Assembly (NCBI GenBank): GCA_051294905.1
Contig: CM119373.1
Location: 4,342,001 to 4,406,000, forward strand
Length of the DNA stretch: 64,000 nucleotides
Source of the DNA: Botryllus schlosseri
Taxonomy: Eukaryota
Reading direction: 5' to 3'
Below, in pieces: positions 63,939-64,000 of the stretch. The number at the start of each line of letters is the position of its first letter. Position 1 is the stretch's first letter. The notes under the pieces are model-generated. The model was given only the letters and a program-made list of their open reading frames with translations. It searched no databases and was not told the DNA's origin. The position numbers were made by a program, and so were the translations under genes.

Positions 63939-64000
63939 GATGCTACTATACAAGATCATGTCAGGGCATTTCAACCAAGTCGACGTCACATTGAACTGTA
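63939..64000 (+). CDS. Paralogous copy of the 61610 exon (runs off the window)
   Basis: MLLYKIMSGHFNQVDVTLNC after the same acceptor; upstream intron 63878-63938 is also homologous to 61546-61609. Confidence 0.45.

Overview
AT-rich eukaryotic (animal) genomic DNA with short spliceosomal introns. A marine invertebrate such as an ascidian is plausible but cannot be proven from the sequence. Host genes are innate-immune-type lectins: one complete 4-exon secreted fibrinogen-domain (FReD) gene (197-1542, -), three divergent pentraxin-domain exons (16646-17268 -, 40177-40814 +, 53253-53902 +) and a pentraxin pseudogene (38707-39138). There is also a possible decayed Ig-domain exon and a tandemly duplicated exon of unknown function at the window end. 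Much of the rest is transposon-derived. The main element is a full-length BEL/Pao LTR retrotransposon (6594-15748; 405-bp LTRs differing at 1 base; GCTAG target-site duplication (TSD)) in a four-level nest with hAT-type elements. Other repeats include a 6.9-kb EnSpm/CMC-like element with a decayed DUF4806-like gene, many hAT and Harbinger MITEs, and a tRNA-derived SINE family. The most notable observation is that the BEL/Pao element has no tRNA-type primer-binding site (PBS). Instead the 10 nt directly after the 5' LTR are the exact reverse complement of a 10-mer inside the LTR, the geometry of Tf1-style self-priming. The same element has a SAP domain at the Gag N-terminus and TA...CA termini. 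All coordinates and alignments were done by eye.
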